Source: Raillietiella orientalis (taxonomy: Eukaryota). From it: a stretch of DNA of 64,000 nt. The stretch is from contig JAYWIR010000123.1 of assembly GCA_036172245.1 (NCBI GenBank), positions 1 to 64,000 on the forward strand, written 5' to 3'. The notes beneath the pieces are model-generated. The model saw nothing but the letters and a program-made list of their open reading frames with translations, was not told the DNA's origin and did no database searches. The first letter of the stretch is position 1; each line of letters starts with the position of its first letter. The position numbers and the translations under genes were made by a program. Below are positions 1 to 11,432 of the stretch, piece after piece.

Positions 1-1102
1 TCGGAGGAGGAAATGAGGTCGGACCACGACGACGGGGATTCGATGTCTACGGGGTCTCGCGACTCTTCTCTAGAGGCGGTCCTGACCAAACAGGATCCTC
101 CAATCTCCACCACAAACACCGACGGACCAACTGCTTGCGAGGAACAGCCCGTCGCAATGGACACACAACTCCCGCCTTCTGAACAGCAGGTAAAGCCCGG
201 GAAGCAACCATAAACACACCAACACGTGTACTCTCCTTCTGTCGGCGGCTGCGCGTAATCTGTTAAAACGTCATCGGGTTGCACGACGCCGGCAAGAGGA
301 GAGAAGTGGCCACCAGCCTGCGGAACTTCGACGTGGCGCTTCTGCAGGAAACGCACGTGCTCCACGCAGAGTACGCAAAGGAAATCGAACGGATCGAAGG
401 CGGGCGGCTTATATACGAGAAAGGGAGACCGCACCCGCGTTGTGGCTTTCATGCTAAAGCCAGTCGTCGTTAATGCGCTGCCCGACGTGCACTTCAACGG
501 GGAAGGTCAGATCATGCAGCTTGTTGCCAAGTGGTCCGAGGCCATCGACCTCGTCGTGACCAACGTGTACGCGCCCGGCGCGAGCCACAGGCGCGGGGAA
601 CACACTGCGTTCTCCGATGGCCTGCGACGAGATTGGCTGGCCGAAGCAGACATGCGAAAGGCGCACCTCATTGCCGGGGACTTGAACGTCCGCCTGCTGG
701 TAGGTGCGGCGGACATTCGCGCGCAGCTGGTCAACAAGATGTGCGCTGCCATCCACGCGCGCAACTTGTTGGCCGGTGACGCCGGGACGGATACGAGGAT
801 CGACCACATGTTCTTCGACAACCAACTGTGTTCGCGGGCTGGAAATCGAGGGGCAGTGCCATCCGAACTTTCCTATCATCCCCGGCTCGTGCTAGGAATA
901 CACCTGCGATGTAGAGGTCCACCCTCCACAGCGTGGCATCTGCCAATGGATTGGTTGCGCCTCGCAGGAGCAGCGCAACATCTTCGCTCGTTCCTGTAAG
1001 GCTTCCATCTGCAGTCACTCGCGGTCAGAGACGACTTGAAGAGCTCAGTCCGCGAGTTCTGCTACCAGTTTCCCATGAACCGTCTTTCTCCAGGTTTCGG
1101 CG
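1..1102 (+). mobile_element. L1/Tx1-like LINE copy Z, 5' part: ORF1 tail and frameshifted APE endonuclease, broken at the GFG site
   Basis: ORFs 279-473 and 442-999 carry APE motifs LLQETH, TNVYAP, HLIAGDLN, IDHMF. The reading continues as REFCYQFPMNRLSPGFG up to the insertion junction at 1102/1103. Confidence 0.9.
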
Positions 1103-1696
1103 TTATCACCCGGGTGCGCCCGGGGCGTTTATTAATAAACTCTACATGCGTGGTACAAGGCAACAGCAAGGCCGTAAACACAGGACCTGTCAGGACACCG
1201 GGACGCAGCCCGGCGTGGCACTCCCCGAGAGCGAAATGGGATGAGGGGAAGAAGCAAAAAGAAAAATAAAGACATAAAATACAAAAAGAGTTTGGAGGGC
1301 AGGGTAGGTATCACTGGTCGCTGTGAGGAGGGCCCATCCTTCGAAGAAAGCCCTCGAGGTCTCTCCGCATATATCCAAGCTGGGCCATCCGGCAGCTCTC
1401 CGCAAGATGCGTTGTGCATACTGGATGACATTTCTCGCCTGTGGACTCACTCCTTCGTTGTTGGCGTCGCTCCATGCCGCCACGAAGCCACGGACGCAGC
1501 ACAAGGCTGCGATGGCTGCGGCTGGCTGCAGTGCGTCCTCCACGAAGAGGGGCCGAAGAACGTCTCTGGGGGTGCTGCCCGTAGGGAGCCCGAGGGTCGT
1601 CCCGAACCGTTCCCAAAGGGGTCGGAGGGCAGCACAATCGACAATAAGGTTGGGAAGCGACTCCTTCTCCCCGCAACTGTCATACGCAGGATCCAG
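1103..1696 (-). mobile_element. 3' end of LINE copy A (ORF2 C-terminal zinc finger region, 3' UTR, terminal hairpin)
   Basis: Minus-strand DPAYDSCGEKESL and ALQPAAAIAALCCVRG are homologous to B 10840-11222. It ends AATAAACGCCCCGGGCGCACCCGGGTGATAA (reverse complement of 1103-1133). Confidence 0.85.
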
Positions 1697-1910
1697 GTGC
1701 GGCTGAGAAGAGGAACGGCTGAACTATAGACGCCTATCCCCATCGTCCTCCCCAATTGATTTATTTATTTTCCCCTCCCCCCCGTTCCGTACTCTCTGAG
1801 TGCCCGTCCTGCGTGCCGGGGAATCTACTCCCCATCTTTTTTTCCCTTGCCTGGGAACACGGTTCCCAGATGTTTTTTTAATAAATGTTCCGTCGCAACC
1901 GGGTAATAAA
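1697..1910 (+). mobile_element. Short 5'-truncated LINE 3' end (subfamily also present at 47479-49440)
   Basis: Similar to the reverse complement of 47479-47690. Ends AATAAATGTTCCGTCGCAACCGGGTAATAAA. Confidence 0.75.
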
Positions 1911-2720
1911 CGTCAACGCTGCATTCTCTTGAAGACTCGCTACCTTGCTTGTTTTTATTTTGATATGCGAGCGGCTTTTCAAGTCGGGGTTCTTTTTTAG
2001 ACTTTTTCTTTTTCGTTGTTGCTGCCTGCCATTCAGGCTCCTGGAAGCTTTACTCTATTCTTTCGGCGTTTGCTGCCCTGATCTCCGCTGTGTCCTGGAC
2101 CGTGGGCGTGGGTTGCATAGCTTTAGCCGCAGTATTCGCCGCCAGCCTTTTTTGAAGAGGCCGGGAGAGTTTTTTTTGGTTCCTCGCGGAAACCACGTGC
2201 ACAGCGGATTGTGGGCACACCTCCCTCGTGTGACCGAATGTCCTGCATACTTTGCACTGTACGTTAGGGCACCTACTTTTGATGTGGCCAGACGTGCTGC
2301 ACAAGCCACAGTATTTGGGTTTCCCCACGTCACAGACCTCTGTTACGACGCTTTCGCCGCCGGCCACCAGTTGGTGGGGAAAAGTAGAGCCCTCGCGGAC
2401 GGTTGTGCGTGCAGCCGTGAGGCTGCATTTGACTTCAGTATAGTCCTAGAAAGGAATAGGCTTCTTAGACAGCATGGACCGTTCCTTGTTCTTTCAACGT
2501 GGCACGTACTTGGTCTTTCCGTATCGGCGATGTTTCTCCTAACAGGTAGACCACCATGCTGAGGTCCACCGTAGTGGGAAGGAGCCTGAGTGCCCCCAGC
2601 ACCACAGGGGTTTTTAGCAGTCGTTGGAACGACTCTGCATGTTTGCAGATGACCTCAACGTACTTAGCCCCGCTGCGGATGGTCATAGCGCTGAGCTCCT
2701 CTTTCTCGTCGGCTTTTTGG
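1911..2720 (-). pseudogene. LINE ORF1 (gag-like) fragment with two CCHC knuckles
   Basis: ORF 2050-2367 reads YCGLCSTSGHIKSRCPNVQCKVCRTFGHTREVC. Homologous to the ORF1 at 46399-47226. Confidence 0.85.
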
Positions 2721-4272
2721 AGCCTGACCTCCAATGGAGCGTCCCGCCTGCGCGAACTTGCAGATCTGCCGCTTGCTGCTCGAAGATTGCGTGAATCTCC
2801 TGCAGCAGGGCCAGATCGAAGTCGCGCAAGACGTTCGCAACCAATCGCTACTTCTCGTTGTCCTGCAGCCCGTTGACGTTTCAACAGGCCACTCGGACGC
2901 GACAGGAGAAAGCAAGACCGCGCATTGCAGCTACGGACATGGAGGTGCGTTCCTCGCCATGTCCGGCAAGGCGTCAGCGGGGAGCACGGCGGATGAGGTA
3001 GCGCAAGCGCAACTTGTCCCCGCCGCGCCGTTCGCGGCATGCTCGGTGGAGTCGAGGGCCATTGGCTCGAAGGAGCATCGGGAACCGTTCTTGGCATCAA
3101 GCTCTTGCTTGGCAAGTTCTGCTCTGCGCCAGCTCTGGCCTCGACCGGTGGCTTGGATAACCTTAGCTCTGACCTCGGTCTCCACCTCGGAGTCCGAATT
3201 CCGTGCGCGCGGCGGGAGTTCCGCTTGCCTCTTTTTTTGCTTGCAGCCCGGAACTGCTCCAGCATTCTTAGAGGCTGCCTTCGTCACTGATCCCCCTTTC
3301 GGGGTCACGGCTTCGACAGCTCCCCTCTCGCCGCGGGTGTTTGCGACGGCGCGCGCGGCGGCAGCAGAGGCTTTCTCTTGCACGTTTTTTGGCGCGTGGG
3401 GCTGCCACTCCACCCGGCCTACCTTTTTAATCGGTAAGTGGAAAGGATCGCGCGGTTTGCGGTCCTTCTTATTTCCCCCAACAAAGGTCCAGCCATCTTT
3501 GCCGCCTTATGGTTTGCCTCGGTTGAGCGCGTGGGCTTTTAGTGTCCTTCGCATCCTTTCCAAGTCCTCGGTTACGGCGATGGAGACCAGTGTCTCCTTC
3601 GCCTCGTCTGCCTTTTTCACCTCCTTTCCGGAAGGTGCGAGCAGAGTGGTAGTATTCTCGGAAGTCGAGCGAGGCTTTTCAGCGTTTCCAGGCGTCCGGC
3701 TCACCGTGGCCGGCTTGCATGTCTCGAGCAAAGGGGAGCGCGATTTCTTTTTGTACTTCCAGAGCGTGCCACTGTTATTTCTCTTCGGAGCAAGAGCGGA
3801 CGGAAGCGGTGGTTTCGCAGCCTGCCCGATGTTATCGGCGGGCGGGGTCGCTCGGGGCTTCACTGAAGCAGCTTGCTGAAGGTTCTTGTCCTTTTGCGTC
3901 GCCTTTATAGGAGCATTGCTCCCATACACGCCCGCGCAATCGGACTTCCTGCTTGTCCGTTGCGGAACTTCGTTCCCGCCGGATTTCTTACCCGACGACG
4001 TTGCGTATGGAGTCGACGCGGACGGCGATGTTGCGGGAAGGTTCCTCGCCCCCATCTCACGTTTTAGCTCGGCGCACTCGTTAATCGAGTGGCGGAGCAG
4101 CTTACAGTATCGGCAACGGCGTGTTGGGCACTTCCGCGGACGGTGGCCTTCCTTTTCGCAGTCGCTGCAAGCAGGGGTTTGCCCGGCAAACCGGAGATAG
4201 ACGACGACATCACCGAGGAGGATCTGCGAAGGCATGAAACTGCGGTCGTCCATGGTGACGCGCGCCGTGGCG
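2720..4272 (-). mobile_element. LINE fragment of another subfamily: ORF1 C-terminal half plus start of the endonuclease
   Basis: ORF 3507-4253 reads CSDCEKEGHRPRKC..CRYCKLLRHSINEC. ACxNVNGL and LLQEIH occur near 2790-2890. Segment 2720-3585 closely resembles 18012-18880. Confidence 0.8.
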
Positions 4273-4620
4273 ATTCACACCCGGATGTGCCGGGGCATTC
4301 ATTTCAGTGTAATAAAAATACAACTAATTGTTGCGTGGCGAATCCGAAGGTCCACTACTCCAAAACAGCTTGCTGGTTGCCGGCTCAATGCCGGTGATGT
4401 CCTTCCAATGCGCGAGGATGGGAAATAACAAACAAAAAGAAACAAAAAGTTAAAAAGTGAGTGGGGGGGGAACAGATGTTTCAGGGGTGGGAGGGCAGGG
4501 TAGGGATCACGTTGGGCGTGGACAGGTCTTCTAGATCCTATTAAGGATCCCCACAAGCTGAGTCCTTTGAGCGCATAAGTGGCGCCACTTGCAGACACTG
4601 CGCGCGAAAAGGCGAGTCCA
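4273..4620 (-). mobile_element. LINE 3' end fragment (3' UTR with terminal hairpin)
   Basis: Reverse complement shows GTGATCCCTACCCTGCCC after the stop, a pyrimidine tract, and ends AATGAATGCCCCGGCACATCCGGGTGTGAAT. Confidence 0.7.
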
Positions 4621-4649
4621 GCCTTACCGCTGAAAGAGACAGTAATCAT

Positions 4650-5811
4650 CGCCGGGGTGGACATAGGTAACAGGAGCAGAAGATCGTCGACATAAACACT
4701 TACGGCTCGCGTGCCGAGGCACGAGCTCGGCAAGGGGGCCAAAGTCACCCTGTACGCTCTCAGCACCAACTCAAATTAGGTGCTAAAGAGCAGGGGGTTG
4801 AGACTATCTCCCTGCCTTATGCCACGCCGCACCGGCACGCCATACACTTTGTGACCGCTGAAAAAGACGGTGAACATCGCATTCAGCCAGCAAGAGCGCA
4901 GGTAGGATATCAAGGAGAGTGGGAAGCCCATGCGACCCAGGAGCTCCAAGAGGAGTTCCTGGTCAACACAGTCGAATGCCTTATGGAGGTCGACTGCGAT
5001 CGCTAAAGCAACCTTTCCCGCATGAGGGTCCCTACCCTGTCCCGCTGGCTGCCCCAAAGTATGGTTACAAATTTTCCCTTTCTCTTCTGTCTTACTCCGT
5101 GCGAATGCATCCATGTGCTCGCGAAGAAGTGGTTGTCCTCCATACTTCGCCCGGGAACAGCGTAAGTCTGCTCCGGGCTAATTATGGAAATGGACACCTG
5201 CCCCAATCGGGACGCCCACAGCCCGGCAATCAACTTGGCGTCCGTGTTCACAATCGTGATCGGACGCCAGTTGCAAACTTTCCTGAGGTCTGCTCCCTTC
5301 GGGAGGAGCCTCACCCTGGCTGACCGAAACGAGGCGGGAACATCGCCTTCGTCTCGGATTCGCCTTGTCAACTGGAACACCAGGGCGGCCAGCTCTTCCG
5401 CGAAACTCTGAAAGAACTCCGCGGGCAAGCCGTCCTCCCCTGGCGCCTTACGCCTCTTGAAACTTTTGATACCGGCGAGAATTTCAGCGGTCGTGAAAGG
5501 CTCATCGAGGCTTTCCTCTTCTCCTCCCCAATCGCCACGGAACCACTCATGAGCAATCGCTTCGAGACGTCTCGTTCGGGTCATGTTTTGGCGCAAAGGA
5601 AGGAATAAAAACACCCCACGAGATTCCGTACCGCAAACGGGGACGAACGTTTCCGGCCCAGGTCATCCAGCATGCAGACTGACGCGGATTGCCTGGCTTG
5701 TCGCTCGGCTCCGCCGCGGTATTTGGCCATGCGACGGACATTGGGATTCCTCTCGTGACGAAACGCGTGCAAATACGCGCGTTCGTAGCGAGCTCCTTCG
5801 CCAAATCCCCG
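4650..5811 (-). pseudogene. Copy A middle part: ORF2 linker and reverse transcriptase (frameshifted, truncated)
   Basis: Motifs RGFGEGARYERAYL, KAPGEDGLPAEFF, NWRPITIVNTDAKL, DLHKAFDCVD, RGIRQGDSLNPLLF, YVDDL. Confidence 0.9.
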
Positions 5812-5908
5812 CTGTGGAGAGAGGACGTGCTTTTCCTGCGCTCCGCCTGCGTGGCAAAGCGAGTGGTTTCTTCTTGAGTGATTTGTGCGTGCACATCGTC
5901 GGTGTCCG

Positions 5909-7662
5909 ATGGCAGCGTTGCCAGAGTACACCGCGATGGAAGTAGGCGTTGGGGATCCTTGTTCTCCCCCACAGCCTACTGGATCAGGGGCATTCGCCCC
6001 GGAATCGTCCCCGGCGACGCCCAGGTCATGGATCGCCATGGTGGCAGCGTTTAGCGTTGAAGCCATGGCCGAGATGGAAGCCTACAGGAAAGCGGGGTAT
6101 AAACCCTTGCTAGTCTACAATGTAGGCAACCTTTTTGATGGGCGAACTGCACGCGCTTTTTCGAGAGCGTTGCAGAACGCCAACGTGTTAGAAAAGGATC
6201 TTGACGGTCTATCCGTGCTCAGCAAGGGTCAGCGCGTCGAGGTTGTGTGCAAGGACATCACCTTGGCGCAAAGCTTGATTACCACTTCGCTGAACGTGGA
6301 CGGACGCAAGATCCTACCAGTCACGATGGAACCCTCCGTAGTGGTCCATCTGACAGGGATCACCAGCCGCATGACACGGTCTGCGGTTGGTGATCAGTTA
6401 AGAAAGTATGGCGATGTTAACGCGCTATGGCCAAAGGCCACAATCTTCGATGGCTACGATAGCCTTTTTGGAGAACCGGCTGCCGCGCGTGTGACCATTT
6501 AGAAGGATAGTGGGCCTCCCCACAAACAAGAGGTCAATGACCAGGACGTAGACCTCTGGTACGTGGGGAAACCCCGCTTTTGTGGCTACTGCAATGCAGT
6601 AGGAAACTTGCGCAAGCGGTGCCCGAACATTGTGTGCCACTTAAACGGGGAGAAGGGACACGTGCGCCGCTTATGCCCTAAACGTCTCACTCCGGTGCCG
6701 CCTGCCGCAAAGAAAGCGCAGGCAAAACGCGGAAAACTGGTCGAAAGACCAAAAAGAGATACTGGCCGGCAGCAGCCGCTAGCCCCCGTTCCTCCCACAC
6801 AGGCGTCGGAAGAAAAACCTTACGAAGACGCGGGAGTTCAAAACGGCTGGCAGCTTGTCAAGGCCAGGAAGGACAAAAAGGTGCCCCCCGCGGAACCCGC
6901 GAAAGCGGTAAACAAGACAGCCGGCAAAGCGAAAGAACATGCGCCGCGCTCCAAGACCATGCGGGAATGTACGGTGGCACTGGAGCGCATAGCCGTTCCC
7001 GAGACTGCCACCCGGGGCGACGAGCCTTCCCTCGCCGTTTCCGCCGCGCCCGAGGTTCGCGACGACGAACCCTCTGTTTGCACAGAGGGTGAGCCGCGCG
7101 AAGCGCGCGCCGAAAGCGAAGACGCCGCGTTCGCGCAGGCGGCGGAGGAGCTAGCGGCCACGCTGGCCGAGCGTGAGAACTCCTCACGCAAGGCCTTGCG
7201 CAGGCCGGCTCCGCCGAAGAAGGCCCCCGCAGGTGAGTGCGACCTGGGGGCCGGAAGTGCATCCTCCTCGTCGGAGGCACCCCCCGGAAGAAGGGACGCA
7301 AGTCCCAAAAGCCGAGGAGGCGCTTCCCCTCCACGAGCGAGGAGGAGAAGCAGGAAGCCGACGGCAGCGTGGGAATCCCGAATGGGGAAATCCCACGCGC
7401 GGATGTTGTCGAGCAGGTCACCTCCATGGAGGAGGGTGAGCAGGGGGGCGAAGTCCTCCTTGCCGGCGCAAACGCTGTACAGCCCACCCTTATGGAGGAG
7501 GGCCAACAGGTAGGCGCGACCCCACCGGAGGATGACCCGCCCTACGCGCCGTCACCGATGGAGCAGGGGGACCAGGTGCTCGAGGCACCTGTCCCTCCTG
7601 CTCCACCTAGCGTACCGCCCCAACAGGTGGCAGACGCCGCAGAGCCGCTTTTCCAGGAATGA
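5909..7662 (+). pseudogene. Copy B ORF1 (gag-like nucleic-acid-binding protein), interrupted
   Basis: Starts MAALPEYTAMEV. Stop at 6500-6502, knuckles FCGYCNAVGNLRKRC and CHLNGEKGHVRRLC, frameshift near 7250, acidic/Pro-rich tail ending at TGA 7660-7662. Confidence 0.9.
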
Positions 7663-10600
7663 CACCTGGGCTCGCCAGTCGCCGTCGGATTCGCGCCGCC
7701 TGTTGGAACGTCAACGGGCTGCGCGACGACGGTAACAGGCGAGATACGGCCGACACCCTGCGTGAGCTCGACCTGGCCCTGCAGCAGGAGATCAACGTGA
7801 TCACCGCGGCAGACGCACAGGAGATCGAGACGATCGCGGGGGGTCGGTTGTATTGGCGATGCGGCCTCCGCAAAACCTGCTGGGTCACGTTCTTCGTGAA
7901 GCCGGCCATCGACGCTGCCGTGAAGGGCGTGCGCTTCGATGACGACGGTCGGGTCGGTCAGCTGATTCTCAGCTGGTCAGACTCGATCGAACTGATCGTC
8001 ACAAATGTGTACGCCCCCAGCGGTAAACAGGGATACAGCGACCGCACCAGGCTGCAGGAATCCCTGAAGCGCGACTGGCTGAAGGACACGAACGTGCGGA
8101 AGGCTCACCTGATAGCAGGTGATTTCAATCTCCGTCTGCTTACAGGTGAGCCAGAAACACAAGAGAACGCGATGAACGAGTTGTGCGCCGCCATGCGTGC
8201 GCGCAACTTGTTCGCGGATGATAGGGGAATGGTCCGTAGCATTGACCACGTCTTCCTCGACGCTGACCTGTGTTCACTGGTCGGGAAACGGGGCAGGTTT
8301 GCGTCAACGTTGTCGGACCATTCCCGGTTAATTTTCGAGATGCGGCCTCGCGACAAGGAACCGCCATCTAGAGATTGGCGTCTGCCGGGGGACTGGAAGC
8401 GACTTTCAGGTGCGAAGGAACACCTTCGCGAATTCCTGAGAGGCGTCATGCTCCAGAATCTCTCGGATTGGGACGTTCTCAAGACATCGGTCCGGGAGTT
8501 CTGCGAGCAGTTCCCCCTGGACCGCCTGCCTTCAAGATTCGGCGAGGGTCCTCGCAAACATTGGGCCTATTTACAGGCTCGTAGGTACGAGAGAACACCT
8601 AATGTCCATCGCCTGGCCGAATACCACGCCGGGGCCAAACGCCAAGCCTGGCAATCCGGGTCGGCCAGATTGCTGGACGACCAGGGCAGGGAATGTTCGT
8701 CCCAAGCGTCGGTACGGCATCTCGTGCGGAGTTTTTATTCCTCTCTTTACGCCAGGGAGCCCTCGGATCGAGACACCTCTCGACGCTTGCTTCCGGATGG
8801 CGCCCCGCCAATAGGGGAGGAGGAGATGGAAAGCCTCGACTAGCCTTTTACCACCGGCGAAATTCTCGCCGGTATCCAAAGACTCTAAAGGCGTAAAGCT
8901 CCAGGGGAAGACGGCTTGCCCGCGGAGTTCTTTCGGAGCTTCTCGGAAGAGCTGGCACCCCTGCTGCTTAAGTTGATCAGGCTGATCCGATACGAAGTCG
9001 ATGTTCCCGCCTCGTTTCGGTCAGCCAGAGTGAGGCTCCTTCCGAAAGGAGGAGACCACAGGGAGTAAAAGAACTGGCGTCCGATCACGATCGTGAATAC
9101 GGACGCCAAGTTGATAGCAGGGCTATGGGCTTCGCGTCTGGGGCAGGTGGCAGAATCCATAATTAGCCCGGAGAAGAGTTATGCTGTTCCCGGGCTAAGT
9201 ATGGATGCCAACCTCTTCTTCTGAAGCACATGGGTGCACCTGCAGAGAAGAGAGAAGAAGGGGATAGGAAAAGTCGGCAACCCCACATTGGTTCCACCAG
9301 TGGGAAAGTTAAGGGGGTCTTAGCGATTGCAGTCGCCATCCATAAGGCATTCGGCTGTGTTGACCAGGAACTTCTCTTGAAGCTCCTGGGTCGCATGGGC
9401 TTCCCAACTTCCCTGATTTCCTACCTGCGCTCTTGCTGGCGGAATGCGATGATTACCGTCTCTTTCAGCGGCCACAAGGTGTATGGCGTGCCGGTGCGGC
9501 GGGGCATAAGGCAGGGCGATAGCCTCAGCCCCCTGCTCTTCAGCACCTACTTTGAGTTGGTGCTGAGAGCGTACAGGGTAACTTTGGCCCCCTTGCCGAG
9601 CTCGTGCCTCGGCACGCCCGACGTGGCAGCGTACGCCGACGATCTTCTGCTCTTCTTGCCATTGTCCTCCCCGGCAAAGGCGGTCGGAGACTTCTTCGAT
9701 CTGCTCAGGCGCGGGACCGGACTGCAGGTTAACAGGGCGAAGTCGTCAGTGTTGCCAGCTGGAGCAACGTGGTCAGGGCAGCGGGACTGGGTCCGTCTGG
9801 GGATCCCCACGGTGAGGTGCATTAAGTACCTCGGTGTACCGTTGGGGGACTACTCCCCTGCGGAAGCGTGGTAAAGCTGCCTCCAAAAAGTCGAGACGGC
9901 GATCGGCCCGTTCCTGGAAGGCAAGTTTCACTTGCCGGAATGGGCCGCGGTTTGGAACGCCTTCGCGGCCCCCATCCTCCGCCTCTGTCTTTTTGTTTGC
10001 CCTTCCACTGTGGAATCGAAGAAAAGGACAAAGGACCTCCTCCGTATCGCCCTTTGGGGCAAGGGGAGGCCCCGTGTCCCTCTGAAGGACTTGTGCGCTC
10101 CGTGTCGGGACGGCGGTCTTGGCCTTCTGACGCTGGAGCGTGTGGAGAAGCAGCTGCGGTGGCGAACCATCGCCATCGCAGCGAAGATGTGGAGCACCCC
10201 TTGGTGTACTCCGGCCCGCCTCCTGGCCAGCCGTGTTTCCCGGTGCGATGGACTCGCGTCTTTTCTGTTGATCCGTGGCCGGAAGAAGCGAAGATGCGGC
10301 CTACTGCTCGGGCGCATGGCAACATTGGCCAAGGAGAACAGCTCGATGGTTTGCTGCCCCGCCAACTGTCCCGCCTGGCTGGAGGAGAATATTGGAACGT
10401 GGGAAGCGGTTAACCAGAGGAGCCACGAAACGTGGAATCGTCTCCGATGCACCCCCTACGCCCGCTGTACGCTGCGAAATCTCCTGAAGAGTCCAGCAAG
10501 ATGCACGTGGGCAGAGACGACCTGCCTAGCTATGGTGCTACTCTTCCTGAGGAGGGCACTTCACAGCAGCCGAACGCTAAGCTGGCAAGTCTCCTGCTGC

Positions 10601-11222
10601 ATCGAGGGACGCGAGAAGTTGATCAGCGGCTGGACAACAAGAGAACTGTGCGACGCCACTACACCGAGCGTCCAGCCGTGAGGACTAAGAAGTTGGGGCG
10701 AGCTGCTGGCCATCCCTATGGATGTGCTGCAGTGGCCCCCGCTTCTTTAGGAATCCAGGATCCTGCCCCTTAAGTGGAAAGAGTCCGCGTTGCTGTTGTT
10801 GCAACGCACGCCGCTCTCACTGGACAAGAGGAGTTGTGGATCCTGCGTGTGTCAGGTGCGGAGAGCGGGAATCTCTCTCCCACCTTATTGTGGACTGTGC
10901 TGCCCTTCGTCCCCTTTGGGAACGGTTTGGGACGATCCTCGGTCTCCCTACAGGCAGTTCCTTTAGAGACGTTCTTCGGCCCCTCTTCGTGAAGGACGCC
11001 CTGCAGCCAGCCGCTGCCCTTGCAGCCTTGTGCTGCGTCCGAGGCATCGTGGCGGCATGGAGCGAAACCAACAAGGAAGGAGTGGGTCAACACGCGAGAG
11101 ATGTCATCCCATATGCCCAACGCTTCTTGCGGAGAGCTGCTGGATGGCCCCAACTGGGGAATCTACGGATGGACCTCGAGGGCTTCCTTCAACGGATGGG
11201 CCCTCCGCTCAGCGAACAGTGA
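7659..11222 (+). pseudogene. Copy B ORF2: APE endonuclease, reverse transcriptase, C-terminal CCHC; several stops and frameshifts
   Basis: Motifs ACWNVNGL, TNVYAP, LIAGDFN, IDHVFL, SDH; RGIRQGDSLSPLLF, YADDL, KYLGV; CVRCGERESLSHLIVDC. Confidence 0.95.
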
Positions 11223-11401
11223 TCCCTTCCCTGCCCCCCAACCTCACTTGTTTGTTTGCTTTTTTTTTTTGTTTTTTTTGTTTTTCCCCATCCCCTTTCG
11301 CTGCCGGGGAGTGCCACGCCGGGCTGCGTCCCGGCGTCCCCGTAGATCCCGTGTATAAAGCCGTGAGCGGGGCTTGGTACCGCAATTGTAGAGTTTTTAT
11401 A

Positions 11402-11432
11402 AATAAACACCCCGGGCGTACCCGGGTGACAA
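11402..11432 (+). other. Family-wide 3'-terminal signal: AATAAA followed by a GC hairpin (representative copy)
   Basis: AATAAACACCCCGGGCGTACCCGGGTGACAA. Variants occur at about 15 element ends in the window. Confidence 0.85.

Larger units (their letters stand above)
5812..11432 (+). mobile_element. Full-length (about 5.6 kb) but inactivated L1/Tx1-like LINE copy B, flanked by a 13-bp TSD
   Basis: About 100-bp 5' UTR, ORF1, ORF2 (EN-RT-CCHC) and 3' hairpin. TSD is CGCCAAATCCCCG (5799-5811) / CGCCGAATCCCCG (11433-11445). Confidence 0.95.

Noticed and set aside
2734..3879. Long ORFs such as 2734-3879 (+), 11849-12763 (+) and 20839-21690 (-) as independent genes
   Set aside because: They are antisense shadows of GC-rich LINE ORFs and show no motifs of their own.
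11402..11432. Terminal hairpins as bacterial terminators, REP elements or CRISPR repeats
   Set aside because: They occur only at LINE 3' ends, without U-tracts or regular spacers, and the context is eukaryotic.
5812..11432. LTR retrotransposon, group II intron or retron identity for the RT
   Set aside because: No LTRs, protease or integrase. An N-terminal APE domain, 5' truncations and variable TSDs indicate a non-LTR element.
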